64,000 bases of DNA from positions 166,408,001 through 166,472,000 of the forward strand of contig OX597814.1 in the NCBI GenBank assembly GCA_951406725.2, given 5' to 3'. This document shows positions 61,260-64,000 of this stretch, piece after piece (the first letter of the stretch is position 1; the number at the start of each line of letters is the position of its first letter). This DNA comes from Octopus vulgaris (Eukaryota). Position numbers and translations under genes: made by a program. The notes beneath the pieces were generated by a model. The model saw only the letters and a program-made list of their open reading frames with translations. It was not told the origin of the DNA and did not search any database.

Positions 61260-62035
61260 ATACATATATCATCATCATCGTTTAACGTCCGCTTTCCATG
61301 CTAGTATGGGTTGGACGATTTTGACTGAGGGCTGGCGAACCAGATGGCTGCGCCAGGTTCCAATCTTGATTTGGCAGAGTTTCTACAGCTGGATGCCCTT
61401 CCTAATGCCAACCACTCCGAGAGTGTAGTGGGTGCTTTTTACGTCCCACTGGCACGGGGGCCAGTCAGGCGGTACTGGTAACGACCTCACTCGAATCCTT
61501 TTAAACATGCGACCAGCACAGGTGCCAGTAAGGCGACGTTGGTAACGATCACGCTCGAATGGTGCCCTTTTACGTGCCACCGAAACGGAAGCCAGTTGGC
61601 TGCTCTGGCAATGATCACGCTCGGATGGTGCTCTTGGCACCCTTCCAGCACGGGCACAAGTGCCAGTAAGGCAACGCTGGTAACGATCACGCTCGAATGG
61701 TACCCTTTAAGTGTCACTGGCACGGAAGTCGGTTGGCCGCTCTGTCAATGATCATGCTCGTATGGTGCTCTTTGCACCCTACTAGCACGAACACCAGTCA
61801 TCGAATTTGATTTTGATTTTGCTTTTGATTGATTTCACTTGCCTCAACAGGTCTTCGCAAGCAGAGATTTAGTGTCCAAAGAAGGAAAAGGTACGCATAA
61901 GTGGGCTGGTTACACCCCTGGCATAGGCCACAAGATTATGGTCTCATTTGGCTTGCCGGGTCTTCTCATGCACGGCATATTTCCAAAAGTCTCGGTCACT
62001 AGTCATTTCCTTGGTGAGGCACACACACACACATG

Positions 62036-62650
62036 TATATCCTCCTTAGGTAGTTGGCCCTGTTCAATTTGTGTGAAAGGCATAGACAGGAACTCCATTT
62101 GGTGTACCTAGTGTAAGTTATGGACACACAAGAAGTGCAGTGGATTAATAGGGAGTTTATCAGAGAATATAGTTTTTGTATGTGGAAGATGCACAGGATC
62201 TATTAAAACTTAGAGACTCGGGAAATTGATTCTCTCAAATGCCCTGGTGGCTCAGTAGAGGTTGTAGATAACTTCTACTAACTAGGGGACCAAATTAGAA
62301 GTGGAGGTGGAGACACAGAGACTGTGATAGCTTGGATAAGAATAGGATGGAGGAAATTCAGTGAGCTGTTACTTCCGTTGGCCCCAAAAGGTTTCTTTTA
62401 CTGAGTGAAAGGAAGATTGTATGATGCATGTATACAGACAGCAATTCTACATGGCAGTGAGACATGGGCCATGAATGCAAAAGACTTTTGCATACATGGC
62501 AGTGAGACATGGGCCATGAATGCAAAAGACTTTTGGAAGTTAGAAAGGAATGAGACTAGTATACTCCACTGGGTTGCATTGTAAGTGTACATGTTTGACA
62601 GAGTGCTAGTGTTTTGAGAGAGAAGTAATATAGGCAACTCATCATACATG
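62036..62650 (+). mobile_element. Degenerate RTE-clade LINE fragment with an internal 45-bp tandem duplication
   Basis: WPCSICVKG...NSIWCT and YDACIQTAILHGSETWAM...LERNE; CATGGCAGTGAGACATGGGCCATGAATGCAAAAGACTTTT occurs twice. Confidence 0.65.
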
Positions 62651-62899
62651 CTGGTGGAAGCCCATAGTTTTTAATGCTGGAGATAAATATACAGCCTTGT
62701 TCAGGCACGTGGTGAAAAAAAGAAGATGAAATGAAACAGCCTTCTTTTTGGAGGGGGAAAGAAGTATTGCCTCCCCTTGTACGATTTCAGCTATGACCGA
62801 AGGGGATTGGTAGTACCTAGGTACGTTTATCTGTTCTCTAAACCGTAAACAGGGCGGAATACAATTCCAAAACGAACTTTCTATAATAAGGGCAGCGCC

Positions 62900-63400
62900 T
62901 AAAAATTTCATTTTTTTAGTTCAAGAAGGCACCCGGATTGTGCAACTTTTTTTTACAATTATTGTTCCCTTGGCTACGTAAAGTTTGTACCGTCTGCTTC
63001 CATTGAGTTATAGTTTAGGTTGTTCCAATAGCTTCCATCAAATTCTGTATAGTGTCCAGTCCTCTTTTAATCGCCAAATATAGCTGGCTAACGTTGTAAC
63101 GTTGCATCTCTCTTGGATCCTAAAAAAGGAAATGTGGTTATTTAGCCTGGCCTTAAAGGAGCCCTCAGTAGCCCCAACATATTCCTGATAATGTGCTCTT
63201 TTGTTGTTGCTTTTGTTCTTGTTATTACTGCTGTTGGATACCGTTATTTCTGCTTCGTAGATCACAGCTTCAGCGTTGTACTGGCTACTCACTGGGCACT
63301 TACTACTAACCCTATATGAGCAAAAAGATATCTGCGCGCAACTTTGAGGTGTGCCCCGATATCTTTTTGACATTAGGCACACAGCTGAAAGGGGTCCTTA
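62900..63400 (-). mobile_element. Penelope-like element GIY-YIG endonuclease remnant
   Basis: CPV.....AVIYEAEITV...YVGATEGSFKARLNNH..F......TTLASYIWRLK. Confidence 0.8.
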
Positions 63401-63893
63401 AGTTATGCCTATTGAATAATTTATCTATACCTATGAGACTGTGAGAATAATCTATACCTATGGGACTTATCTACTTATCAAAGGAAGACGCCTCTCACGC
63501 ATGTTTTGACATTGTGCGAGAAGGATGGAGCAAACCTAAGGACTTTAGGGCAGTGCTTTCTTTTATGAGTATTAGTTCCCAGCATACAGGTGATGCAATC
63601 CTTAAACCCATTGACTGCAAGAGCCTCATTGCAATATGGAGTTCACGTACAATTTCCATCTGTCAACTCCGTTAACTAGCCACTGCTGAGTCTGGACAAC
63701 AGTGGGGATGGCCAGATTGGAGCAATCTCAAGATTAATCAGCTGAAATTGCAAGGATGATCTGGTTCTTGACTGAGGATAGGAGGTTTCGAATGACCCGT
63801 CCTTGTTTTTTGTATCGTCTATCTGGATGTTTTGTTGTCCCATTTTGTATCACCTAGTTGTCCGGATGTTTTGCTTTCTTGTCCCATTTTGTA

Positions 63894-63956
<63 letters not shown>

Positions 63957-64000
63957 CATATTATAGCTGGGTAGCTCGGTTTATAGGATTACTCTGAGTG

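Overview
AT-rich, repeat-saturated eukaryotic genomic DNA. The SINE, RTE and Penelope families and the microsatellite density suggest an octopus or other coleoid cephalopod (inferred, not proven). Almost all ORFs in the supplied track are spurious microsatellite or TE readouts. The real content is one multi-exon gene on the minus strand (45818 to 822, running off the left edge), assembled by hand from 20 GT-AG coding exons with consistent phases (1553 nt, 517 codons). It encodes an integrin-beta-like protein: signal peptide, PSI, hybrid, I-EGF1, then [I-EGF2-3-4] twice and continuing. Two features are unusual. First, the ligand- and alpha-subunit-binding beta-I (vWA/MIDAS) domain is replaced by a ~10-aa loop. 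Second, the I-EGF stalk is extended by tandem duplication of a 5-exon, 387-nt phase-2 cassette. The introns hold mariner, hAT, piggyBac-like MITE, Helitron, CR1, RTE, RLE-type (R4/Dong-like) and Penelope remnants, several hammerhead-ribozyme-like motifs and long fold-back palindromes. All calls are by eye; no database searches were run.
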